DNA of 64,000 bases, from NCBI GenBank assembly GCA_046563655.1, contig CM102284.1, forward strand, positions 8,432,001 through 8,496,000, in the 5' to 3' direction. This DNA comes from Yuukianura sp. NJ FZ-2021. Taxonomy: Eukaryota. Shown here piece by piece: positions 49,974 to 62,582 of this stretch (its first letter is position 1; each line of letters starts with the position of its first letter). The translations under genes and the position numbers were made by a program. Below the pieces are notes generated by a model that saw nothing but the letters and a program-made list of their open reading frames with translations, did no database searches and was not told the origin of the DNA.

Positions 49974-52900
49974 GTAATTTTAAAAACAAACGCAATTTCA
50001 AAAATTCTAAAATTCAAAGATTTCAAAAAATATTTTTAAAGAAATGTATAATTTCAACACCACTTAAAAATCGACTGAAAAACCGCGAGCGATTTTAATC
50101 AAATTTCGACAAGTTCAAATGTAACTTTCTCCTTTTTCACTTTTTAACAACTTTCTCTGTTTGGGTTTTCTCCGAAATTGTTTTACGACATTTTGTGTAT
50201 AGATTTTGAATTTCCCTTTAAAAGTAGAAAATTTGCGTCACCATTTGACTGTAGTTGGAAACTCTTGCTATAGTTGTGAGGCTGTAAAATGGAATAAAAT
50301 GTAAAGGGATGATGGTTTGTGTTTGAGAATTGTGAATTTATTGAATAGACTTTGATTGTAAAAGGAGGAAATTAGAGTGTACCTGTCTTATACTAAATAA
50401 TACATTCTACACTTGCGCCCTACAAAAACACAAGTATTAACGTAGGCTGGAGTCACTGTTGTTCTGTGTGCAGGATGCTACCAACTCCATTGTTCGGCAA
50501 AAGTTGAAAAGAACCCAGAGCACAATGCCCGCTTTTTTCTTATTCTTCAAACCCCTGTCTCTCACAATTTCTAAAGAAGAAAAGATTCTCACTTTTTATC
50601 CTCCAAATTCACTTTTTTAGCATACACATTATTATTTATTATTATTCTAGCAGGATTTGGAATCAATTCAATTCTTCTTCCGCTCCTTTGTCACACCCTC
50701 TTTTCAAATTCTCCACTTGTCTCTCCATTGTTTTCCAAAACAAATCCACTCTTTTTTAGCATTTTCGCATCAAAATTTTAAAAATGCTTTGGATTTTGTG
50801 ATTTGATGGATCAAAATTGAAAAGTAGAACAATACAAGCGTTGTTTAGCACCGTGTTTGTAGTTTGGATTATTTCCTGGTCTCACTATTCATCTGAATCT
50901 GCATACATCCCACATGAATTGTCTCTCTTCTGCACAAAAGAGAGTGGACAATGGAACTTGTCCTTTATCTCTCATATTGAAAACTCTCTTTCAAAAGACA
51001 AATTTCAAAAGAGACGAAAGTGGATTCGAAATTTTAAGAAATGGAAAAGAATGAATAGGAAAGGCATTAAGTCTCTCCTTGTTCTTTTTTAAAAGTCTTT
51101 TCAAACCCCCAATTCTGAGTTTAAAAGGGAACATTCTTTTGGAAATTTGGAGAAAGAAAGTGACAACAATGGGAACAATACTCTCCAATTTGATTTCTTT
51201 ACAAAAAATGAATTTTGACTAAAATTATATAACTTTTTAGCCTTTCCATCCATCACAATTCTTGACAGACACGGAAATGTAACTTTTTACTATTTATTTT
51301 ATTATTTTTAATACTTTAATGTTAAAGCGTGGTTCCTCTTGAGTCGACTGTTAATTGAGGTACGTGGTTGAGCCAGGTGAGTTTCGGAAGTGTTTGAGGA
51401 GGTTAAACTGTGACGAGACCTTATGTTCTCTCTGAGGCACGCCGAACATTAATTTGAAATTCAATTCCAAATTTTGAAAAAATGGAAATTTGGAAAGTTC
51501 CAGTTTTTTGTAGTTTTTGGTGTGTATGTAAATTATTTTTGTGGTTGGTGCTTCCGGTGGAGAGTGTTCCATTGTCGTGTTTTAATTCTTGTTCTTTGTG
51601 TTGAGGAAGAAATGATTCGGAAGACAATGGAGATTTGGCTGTATTGTTTGGGGGAGTTGTGAATGTAGAGGATTAGACAATGGAATGTGGGGAAGTCAGA
51701 GTGAATCCATCCATCCAGTCACCTAATGTCTGAGGGACGGAGACAAAAGGGGGCCAAGGGTCCCCCCAAGTCCCCCCGTCCCTTTGATCATCTTGCTATG
51801 AGAGTAGTTGGGCCTCAGTCCAACAATGACACACCAGTTCCTGCTCGAGCTAAAAAAGCGAGAGAGTTCTTCTTTCTTTTTCATTTGGTCCAATGATTAA
51901 GAATAGGCCTCCAAATAGCATTTATGCTACATAAATTCTATACAATTCAAACTATTCTCTCCGCTTCTAATGGAACTTGCAAAAGAGTTACACTCAAAGA
52001 CACGCAGAGCTTGATATTTGATGCAAAATAGTCAACAGCAACTTCGTCAACAAAAGTGAAAGCAAAACTACCAACACAAATTTAAGAACGGCCAGCAGGT
52101 TCTGTCGAAACTGCGTGAAAGTTTTCTAATTTCAACGAAAATTCAGTATCCGTTTTAAGTAAACGGCATTTTAGCATAGCATCAAAAGTATTGTGATTTA
52201 ATTTTGGAAAAGAGAAAACTTTTTTGATACAGTGGATTTTTGAGAAATTTTAACACAAAATGTCGAAATTTGTTAAACTTCAAAAATTTGTGAAAGTGTT
52301 GACCAAGTTGCTGTTGACTATTTTGCTGAAAGGAGAAAGTTTATGAGGTTTTGGATGGTGATGTTGATGATGATGAGGATGAGAGAAGAGGGAAAGTGGG
52401 GAAGTGCAAGTGCTCATTTTTTCTTACAACTTTTACTTTTTCCCTCTCTTTTTTATTATATAAAAAAATTGCCAAATTTTTTTCACTCTCTTTCTCCACA
52501 GTCAATTTCTGGGACTTGTGTTCTCTTTTGAAGTTTCCGTAGAATTCTATTCTCCTTGCGCCCTTTGTGTTTTCTCAAAAACAGTCCTATCTTTTCATTA
52601 TGGACTCAAAAGAGAGAAAAAGAGAGTATTTTGAAGGCCCTCTTTTGTTATCTTTTGCTTTCTCTCGGAGTAACCATGATTCTATAAAACCAACTGCATT
52701 GCAGTTCCAATTCTAAAACATCTTTCAATCTCACAAAAGTTAAAGGGTCTTGTCAGCCCTTTGATTCTTTGATTTCACTTTTTTAGAATTTCAAAAAAAG
52801 TTGAAGAAAGAGTTTTAGGACGTGAATGAATGTCAACTGAAAAGAGTTCAAAGGAGTGAAAACAAAGAGCCAATTAATTTTGACCGAATAAAAGAACTTT

Positions 52901-54860
52901 CTTTCTTGTCAAATGAGCATATTTTTCATTTTCAAAATTTTGAATTTTCCTTCTTTTGAATTTCTTTTTATGGAATGAGGACAAGAGTTTGTTTGAGATG
53001 GATTGTGGAAGTGGAGGTGGCTTGTGGATTATGGAATGTGGATTGTGGATTATGGAATTGGAGGTGATTGTTGAATTTGAAAGTGGAGATGATTGAATGG
53101 AGGTTTGAGATGAGAGTGAAAGTGGAGAATATGCGAAGTTTCCTTTGTGTTTTGTGTGAATTTGGATATTTGAATGGACGTGGGTTGTGTGGATCTTCAC
53201 CTGTCAGTTCCAAACAACTTTATGCCAAGTCTATTCATACTCCAATCCCACTTTATCATAAACAACCTCACTCAAAATATGGAAATGCTCACATTTTAGT
53301 TGAAAGAGTCCAATAATTTGTGTTTTCAAAGTGTGAATTACATTGGTGAAAGTAAGTTGAGTGTTGATGTTTCTCAGTGGGTGGTGGACATTTGAAATAT
53401 ATTTGGTTGGACATTGTCCGAAGAGAGGATTGCATTTTGAATGAATAGAGAAAGCGCAGAGTAAGGATAACAATGGATGCATTACAGTAATCACACTCCC
53501 CTTCCAAAATCTTGTCTAACATGCACTTCAGTTTCAAAAATTTCAAAAACGAAAACAGGCTATGTTTTCATTTTTGAAAAAATATTTCCCTTTGTCTAAC
53601 TTCAGAGTCGTTGAGTTAAAATTATCCTTCCCAGAAATTCGTGTGAATAAGGGAGAAAGCGTGGGAAAGTGAAAGTAGGTTCGAAACGACGCTTAGAAAG
53701 CGTTTCTGTCGCTCTCTGGCGGAGCTTCTGCAGAAATCTTGTTGTGGTTTGTAGAAAAGTGAGCAGGGGGCATGAGATTCGAGTTGAAATTGAAGCAACT
53801 GCCACTTGAGAGCCACTTGTGAGGGAGAGGGGAGTAACTATGAGTTGAGAGTTTGAGTCAACTGAAACTAGAGGGACGTAGATGGCTCATCTCTTCAAAG
53901 GCGGCTTCTCCTAGTTACTCCCTCCACTACTCCAACTATGGACAAAACAATTCCAAGTCAGAAAAAGAATGACAATATCAAAATCACATCTTAAGTGAAA
54001 GTTGTTTCTTCACCTTCAAAATTATTTAAAACGAACGGGTGGCAACTTTAGCAATGTAAAAACTTTTTTTTTCAAAATATTTTCGCAGAACAAAATTTTG
54101 GAGTTAAATATTTTATGGGTGTCTGATTTGTTGATGAATGGTGGGAACTGCTCTGGTGGATGAACTTGAAAAGTTGAAATGAATAAGTAAAATTTAAAAA
54201 AAAGTGAAAGTTGTGAGGGGTTGTGTGATGATGGAGGATTGTTTCCAAATTAGCACCACCGTCTCTTCCATTTGACTGATGAACTCAAACTTCTGTTTTC
54301 ACTCCCTCTCCATCATTTCATATAAAATAATACATCTGCTCTCTCAAAACATAACATTCAGTTTCAACCTAACAATTTACACTCAATGCCTCTTTTTAGA
54401 TCATTTCAGAAGTTTCATGTTGGAGAAAAGACATTTTGGTAATTTATTTGATCTTCTCATCCTGTTTATTGGCACTTGGGGAAAAGAGTTTCATTTGTAG
54501 CCTCCATCAGATTAGACCAAATTAAACTACCAACTTCCACTATTAATTGACACAGTCCTACAACTTCCAAATCCCTTCACTGCTTTCACTCTTTCTCATT
54601 TCAGTTTTAGTTTTAAGATTTTTAAAACTTGGAAAAAGTAGTTTTGAGAGGAAATTGGAAAGCTGCGTGTGGGGAAAGCGAGTTTGATTGAGATTGGTTG
54701 ATAGAACACGTCTTCCTCCTCCGAATTCCATCTGCTGATCAAGATCTTTTGTCTGCATCTTCTTCTATCGCAGTTTCCTCACGTCCTCTCCCTTCACCAA
54801 AATCATTAAGGAAACGTTTTAAACACACCAGACACGCTCAAACCCCTTTCTACAAAACTT

Positions 54861-54925
54861 GAAAACCTCCAGAAAACGCTGAAAACCTCCAGAAAGCGCT
54901 GAAAAGCTGGAGAAAACGCTGAAAA
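54861..54925. repeat. 20-bp tandem repeat x3 (gaaaacctccagaaaacgct)
   Basis: Read directly. Confidence 0.8.
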
Positions 54926-57169
54926 CGGGTTCGAGAATATTGGAATTCGATATTGTGGAAGGGCGAGAGAAGGTTGGGCGCCGCCCTTAGTCTCAACTCA
55001 GGCGTCTCACAACTTTCTCCTCGAATTTTACACTTTCCTCCAAAATGGAATCTCAAATTTTCAAATTTTGAAATAACCTTTCTTAAAAATGAGGAAAGAC
55101 AAAAGTTCGTTCAAATTCTTCCAATTTAGTGTTTTCTTTTGTAACCAGTATTTTTTTTCGAGGAGAAAGCGCAGGAGTGAAAGTTGTAAATTTTGGGCTC
55201 TGGTTTTGGTGTAGTTTGGCTGAGAAAGGCACGCCTTTCCGATTAGCCGTGGAGCCAATGGGCTCTTGAACCAAAAAACAAAAGACTCCCAGACACAATC
55301 GGACCTTCCCATTGTTCTCACAACTCCACAGACACAAACAACCTGTCACTAACTTAACAAATTTACTTCATTCAGTTAACAAACACTCCACTTCCTCTCA
55401 AAAACACACGTTTTACAACTTAAGATTTCCGCCTTTTTAAGAGCCACAGAAACAGCTCACTGGAAGACTTTCTTCCGAAGAAAGCATGGAAAATTAAAAA
55501 ATTGGAAATGTTTGAATTCTGAAAACTGGACTGTTTGAGTTGGCGCCTGGATTGTTTTGATTTTGGAATTGAATGAATTGAGTATTTTTGAATTTGGAAA
55601 TGGGTGATAAAGTGCGTAAGGCGCTTTGGTTCTTCTGGTTGGCTGAATTCTAGGCGATATGCCTTGGATTGAAAAGAAAGCAAAGAGAAAGTAGAAGTTT
55701 ATCGATCTGCGTTTCCTCTTCATTTTTTATTTCTTTTGTCCAAGGAGAAATCCATTTCTCCCTTCCTCCAAAAAGCCTTTCATTCAGCCTCTCCAGTGCA
55801 ATGGAAAATGGGCAATGGGGGAACAGCACAAATACTTCTTCAAAATGTGCAATGTCCTCAGTGAAACTAAGAATTGGCAAAAGTTTCAAAATTTTGAAAA
55901 TTTCTTCCTTTTTTTTCCAAAATGAAATGTGGTTTGAGGTTGTGGTTGTAGAGTGACTTTGATTTGTTTTAGTGCGGATCGTAGTGCATTGGGCGTAGTG
56001 TTTTAAACTGGAGAAAGTGAATATTGATGTGAGATTGTGAAGGCTGACGTCGTCTGGAGTCACTTTCCATTTGGCTTCCTCTTCTGCCTGGCTGAGCGGA
56101 ATGAAAGATGAAGGGTCCCCCCCAAAGGACCCCCTTCGTTGGGGAAGGGCCCCCCTTGGCCATTCTCACTTTTTGGAAGGGTCCCCCCTTGTCCAAGGGT
56201 CATGTGACTTCCTGCAAGGGTGAAAATCAAATCGTCAGTTCGAGACAGGCATTGACTCTCTAATCCGCTCTCTTGGTTTCATGCTTACAACATAAAAAGC
56301 GTCTGTCTCTCCATCATTGAATTAAGCCTCCAGCCAATTTTCAAAGTTACGCAACTCAAAAAACTTTAAAAGTTAGCACCTAATCCAACTAAAGTAAAAG
56401 TAAACTTAAAATTTCCCAAAATGTTTTGAAATTTTGAACTTTGAAAACAGACTATGAATAAATTGAGAAGATTTTGATCTTGGAGTGCTCACAATTTATG
56501 GGAACGAAGAATTTTAAAGAACCGGGATCCCTTGAGGCCCATTTTCAAAATCTCCAACAATCAAGATTTCATTTTTGAGTCTACCCTTCTACTTTCTCTT
56601 TTTTAAAATACACTTTCTCTCTTTTTGAAAACCGATTTCGGGAGAAGGGGAAGTTTAAAATTGGGCATTGACATTTGAGTTGTACGTGTAAGTGAGTATG
56701 TGATAGGAGGAACTTCCTGTTCCCTGCCACATTGATAATCATACCGAAAGTAGATTCGACTTTAATTGAATTTTCACCCTCGGCTGGGCTCGAACTGGCG
56801 ACTGTGCGGTGATGGCTGGTGACATTGGTGACATTATCGTGTCTCCTCATCGGATCCAGTCGCTGGTTCTGATTAAAAAGGGAGGATTACACTCTGGGTC
56901 TTCAATAAATGATAAATGGAGAGGGAACTTTCTCTCTTTTTACCAAATCCAACAATCTTCCCTCAGAATGACACAAAAGAAGAGATTTAATTCAGACTTT
57001 CACTCTTCTCTGGACAAAATCCACAGATTTAAGCCTCAGCCTTTTCATCAACTCAAATTCAGTCCACAATTGTACAAGTACAAACCTACTTCTAAGGATT
57101 TTCCAAAATTTGAAGCAGAATTATCTATTTCCATCCAATTCTAAACTTATTTTTTGAATTTCGGAGGAA

Positions 57170-57272
57170 TATTTTTTGTGAGTTGAGAGAAAGTAGAGCG
57201 TTTTTGGGAAAATTTTGAGTTATTTTTTGTGAGTTGAGAGAAAGTGGAGAGTTTTGGCGAAAATTTTTAGTT
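57170..57272. repeat. ~51-bp tandem duplication
   Basis: tattttttgtgagttgagagaaagt...aaaatttt twice. Confidence 0.8.
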
Positions 57273-60200
57273 GGTGAAAGTAATTAAATTGTTTGAGTGT
57301 TGATTAGGTTGGTTTGACATATAGATGAAGATGGGTGCGGTGTGTGGAGTGGATTGAAGTGTGGAATGGATTGAAATGTGGAATGATGATGAAGATGGAT
57401 TTGTTGTGTGGATTGTGGATCAGGCGGAGGGCTGGAAGCGGGTAATAACACCCTTCTGGAATTTGATTATGACTTTCACTCTGCCCTCCGCCTCCCTGGA
57501 ATTCTGGAATTCAGAAAGCGAGTGAAAGGCGGAGAAAGTCACTTCCAACTCAAAGGTGTTTCCACGACTACTTTTCAAACTCAAACTCAAAAAAAGAAAG
57601 TTTTTTGAAATTTTGAGACTGGATTTGGAATTTGAAAGTAATTTTGAGAGAGTTGGTGTGTATTAGAGTCTGAGCCTGAGGTTTGAAATTACATTTGAGC
57701 TTAAGATTTTAATAAAAGTGAGTCTGGAGGGGGTCTTCCTGCCTTCCCGCTGCGTCTCCAAGGAACCGAGGCGACATGGGGACATTTTTCACCTTAACTT
57801 TTAAAAACCTTCCGGATTTACTCCACTTCCATTTTGAATTGGACTTTCAAAGGAACTGTCAACTTAGCCCATGATTAATCGATCTCTCACTATGGCCTTG
57901 GGTCCACAACTAAATAATTAAACTCCTCAAATCAAACAGCCACCGAACTATTCATTAATAACAAACTCATTTCTAAACTTCACTTTCCACTTTCAACTAA
58001 AAAGCGACACTTTTTGCAATTCTACTCTCTACTTTCTACTAAAAAGCGACATTTTTTGCAATTCTAGTCTCTGTTGGAGACAATTTCAACCATCCTGAGA
58101 CAAATTTAGAGATTTGAAAGTGGAAAATTTTATATTTTTTTTGAAACCGGGAAGATTTGTACTGGGGAAAGTAAAAACCTGGCCAAGATCCAAGTCCTTT
58201 CTCTCGAATTCCATTAAAAATGTCAAGAGCAGGAAACATTCTGGGAGGAAAAGAGAAAAGTGGTTCTGATTTTCTGTTTCATTTCTTTAAGGAAGGGAGA
58301 AATGGGGCATAAAAGTAGTTTCTTAATAGTTACTCCCTCCACTCCTCAATTATGGATTCTGGTGGAGTGGAGAGTGGCCTCCAGTGTTTCCAAATGACAT
58401 ATTAATATTCTACTTTGTTTGTTCTGATCAAACGGAGGAACTAACTTCCAATCACCCCTCAGCTCACTTTCTTTTCAACTCCGCGCTTTTGAAACAGAAT
58501 TGCTCTGTTTTGAGGCCCAACTTGGGAAAACGTCCCACGTTCTTTCATTTGTGTACTTTGCCTCTCTTGTTTACTTTTTCGCCTCTTGTATCAATTCTAC
58601 TTTCTAAAAATTGTTTATCCTCAGAAATAATTTAGACTTTTTCAAAATTTCATAAAAAGTCATCCCCAACATGCACGAAAACAAATCCAAAGTAAAAGCG
58701 CGTTTTTTTTTTTGGAACTGGAAAATACAAGGATTTTGTGAAACTAAATTTTCGGAGAAAGTGGAATCCGAAGTTGGAACTTTTTTTGTTGTAAACGGCG
58801 TCGAAGTTTTCAATTTTTCTAAATCAAAAAATGTAATAAATTCTTGTGAATTTTTGGTTTTCATGTGTTGTAATTTGAGTGAATTTGAAGTTTTACTTTA
58901 CTTTTTGTGAGCTGATGGTGTTTTGGATTGATTTTTGAGTTAAGGCGGGAGGAGTGACAAATGTGATGTTATTTTTGCGTGTGTTGAATTGATGGTGGTG
59001 GGTTGAAGAGGGCGGTGTGAGATGATTAATCGCAGAGTGACAGTTTCACACCTGGATTCTCCCCTGTCAAATCCAATGGGAATTCACCATCTGAACTTCC
59101 TTTCAAAAAGAAAAAAGAGAATCATGACTCTCCAAACCAATTCTGGATCACCATTTCCTCAAACGCACTAAAAACCGATTTTAAACAGTTCTAAAACTTA
59201 ACAAAAAATTACGACCATCGAAAACTAACTTTGAAGTTAGCAACGAACTTCTTACGCCGCTTAAAATGAAGCAGAACCTTTGCAAAAATTTTCATCCATA
59301 ATCAAAAGTTAATATTGTTGGCATGTCAGGTATAAATAGGTGAAGATTCGTATACGTTTTTAAATTTTTCAAAATATTTCAATTTTTATACATTTTTTTC
59401 TAGTTTTGAAAATGCAATGGTTTGCAAAAAAGATGAAAAAGTTGCAGTTTTTGCGTAACAGTTTTGTGTTTAGTTGCACAAGTGAATGCGGGCGAGATCA
59501 TTGAACTTTGGGAGACTGACAAAAGGAGGAAAAACGCATGTTTTGTTCCGTTTTGAGAATAATGGAAAGGAGAAATAGTTTTTGAGTCTTGACAAAGAAT
59601 TGAATAAGCGATATGGAGACAATGGAACACACAACTTCTTATTCTTCAGGCACTGGGACACTCCTTTCTCCAAAAAACTACTTTCTTTCAAAAACAACAT
59701 TTTTCCTTCTCTAGGTCAAAATTTGAAATAGCGTAAGGTGTGGCAGAACGAAGGAAAAGTCAAAGTGTCAATGAGCAACTGGACTTTGGAGTCTCCTTCA
59801 TTCATTTCTCTTCCATTGATTTTTTGACATTTCCGAACCTTTTGTGTCATTTTTGAAATTTTCGTAAAAGTTTTTCAAAATTTCCGTCCCCTTGGTGTGT
59901 AGGGAAAGTTTAGTGAGTTTTTGACAGGTCTGGTCAATGAATTTGGGCAGTGAGCAGAAGGTTCCATTCGGAATTCCATTGTTAGCCGGTTCACAATGGG
60001 GCCCTTAAGGGCTCTCTGCGGTCCTTCGGCTTCTAACTTGTCCCTCAGATCACTCACGGCTTCCTAGCAACCAGTTTCCAAAATTCAAGATTTTCAAAAT
60101 TTTGATTAAAATTTTCCCTTTGCTTTAGGATGAGAAGCGTTGTGACTAAAAATTAAAATGCAAGATTTTTCTTTTCTTTTTGTGAAATTTTGTCCCTGTG

Positions 60201-61854
60201 AATTTTTGGCTTAGGAGAAACTAATTCTGGTAAGCCGCCATTTGTATCGTTGCGATGAAGATCTCCGTAAGTCCCTCATGTTGAAATAAAGGGGGGGGGG
60301 ACTTGGGAAAGGGGGGGGACTTGAAGATGTGAAACGGAGGGGACTTGGAAGATGGAGGACCAACCCCCGGGTTTTCTCGTTTCAAAGAAACCCGGGTTTT
60401 ATGTCTCCATCTCAACTTGAAAAGAGTTTCTGTCTCCAGTCCCCCTAAAACTCAGAGAATCTCAACAACTTCTCTCCAGAACACGGCCAGATTCTCATCA
60501 CATTCCAAACTTACTTTTAGACTTCCAAATTTCATTTTATGACGGTGCAACTTAAGTGTCAATTTCTCAGAATTATAAAACTCAAACAGGAAGGACTGAA
60601 ATTTCCAAAAGATAGCAACTCTCGCAAGAGAAATTTAAAAAAACAGGAAAGAATTTTTTGAGTTTTTCAAAGATTAGAGAGAAAGCTGATTAGACTTTTG
60701 CTTTGGTGTGACTTTTTCATTGACTCATCCGTGTTAGTTCTAACACCTCCGCTGTCTATTCTCAACTTTTTTTGAAAACTTTTTCAAATTTTTTGTTTGT
60801 TTCGGGACTTTAAAATTTTGACTTTTCTTGACTTGGTCGAAGTTTGGTAATAAAAGAAACAGGAGCATCCATTCATAAACTCCTCAGATCTGTTTGCTCT
60901 CTACAATCTTGAGATTGTGAGAGGGGCCCTTAAGGACCTCCCTTAAGACCATAAAAGTGTCTGACCTGGGATCGTCGTAAAGGTGTTAGGTCATAAATCC
61001 TAACATGGACATGATCATGATGTGAACCCTTGCGGACCCCTTGTGGGGGGCCTTAAGGCCCCCTGCCCTCCAGACTCAAATTGAATTTGATGTGAGTGTA
61101 TTTGGTAAATATTTGAAGGGAGCGTTGATGAGTTTATGAGATTAGCCTCCAGAAGTCCCCTGTGAGATCCGCTTTCGCTTCATCACTTTCTGCGTCTTCT
61201 TTCGGAGAGGAGACTTCAAGGGCCCTCGAGACTTGATTCCAATTTCAAAAATAAACGGCCCTCCAGCACTTCATTTCGTCATTACACTCAAACAACAGAC
61301 AAATTTCATTCCCAAAAATGATTGAATCCAAGTTAAAAGTAGAAAGTGTGTTTGGATTTTTTTAGAATGTTGAAAAACTAAAAAGTGTGTTTGGACTTTT
61401 CAAATGTTGAAAAACTAAAAAGTGTTTGAATTTGTTAAGATGTAAGTTTTTGAAGAGACGGCGGTTGTTTTTTGAAATGCGGAAGTGAAAGGGGAGAGTC
61501 ATTTGAGTTAAGTGTTGTTGCTAGGCAACTGGTTTCAAAAGGCGACTGCTGTGCCTTCCCACTGCTTCTGTGACGGAAGTCGTCATTTGCCGCACATGCA
61601 TTCTCCATTTGGTCCCTTGCTCAAGTCACTCCAAAGTCCCTTGGACCCCTTCGCAACATGTCAAAGGAAAAGCAAAGGTCACTTCCGCAAGGGGCCAACT
61701 TTCACTTTCTCTCAAAAAAACATTTCTCCAGCACCAAAATTTCAAAAATTCGAAACGGCTAAAAAGCAAAGAAACCTTTGAGTTACAACTTTGATGAAAT
61801 CTGCGTGGGACTAAAAGTGTAAGTGATGAGATTTTGGTGGAGATGAGAGACTAA

Positions 61855-62582
61855 AGCCTCTTTCACACTGGATACGCCGCAACAACTGCCGACGGCAGTT
61901 GTGACGGCGTAACAAACTGCCGTAGACAGTTGTTGAAGGGTTTCACACTGCACCACCGGTTCTTTTTACGCCGTAAATTTTTTCTACGGAAAGTTTTACG
62001 ACGGTCTCGGTGTGATACAGGTTCATTTGCTCACAATTCTTGAAAGGCGGCTTACAGTTTCATTTGGAAAAACAATTGAAGTAAATGAGTTCAAAACAAC
62101 CAAATGATTACAATTATTGATTTGTAATTGTTCCATTACCATGCTTTGGGAAGTGTAGCCAAATATTTCCCTATAGGATGATGTATTAAGGCACAATTAA
62201 TAGTTAATTAGCTAATTAACTATTAATTAATACTTTAAACAATGTTATCCCTCTGTTTTTGTACTTTGGTACTGATGATTATGTAGAGAGAAGAGGGGAA
62301 GGATGATCAGCTGAGATGATATAGGAACTGTCCGTCCGGTGTCGGTCCAAAAGTTGAAATTTTTCAACTTTTGGGGGTCCCATCTCCTCCTTTGGGAAGA
62401 GTTGACGGCGTAAAATGTGACGGAGGCAGCCGTGAGGCAATGTGAACACCTCACCCGTCTTCCGCCGTCAACTTTCTCTTCCGTCGTCCAACTCACCGCC
62501 GGTGAGTTGGTTTGATGTGAATGGATACGCCGTCACAACTGCCGTCGGCAGTTGTTGCGGCGTATCCAGTGTGAAAGAGGCT
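61855..62582. mobile_element. PIF/Harbinger (Tourist-like) MITE
   Basis: Perfect 57-bp TIRs AGCCTCTTTCACACTGGATACGCC... (61855-61911 and 62526-62582), TAA target duplication on both sides, no transposase. Confidence 0.92.
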
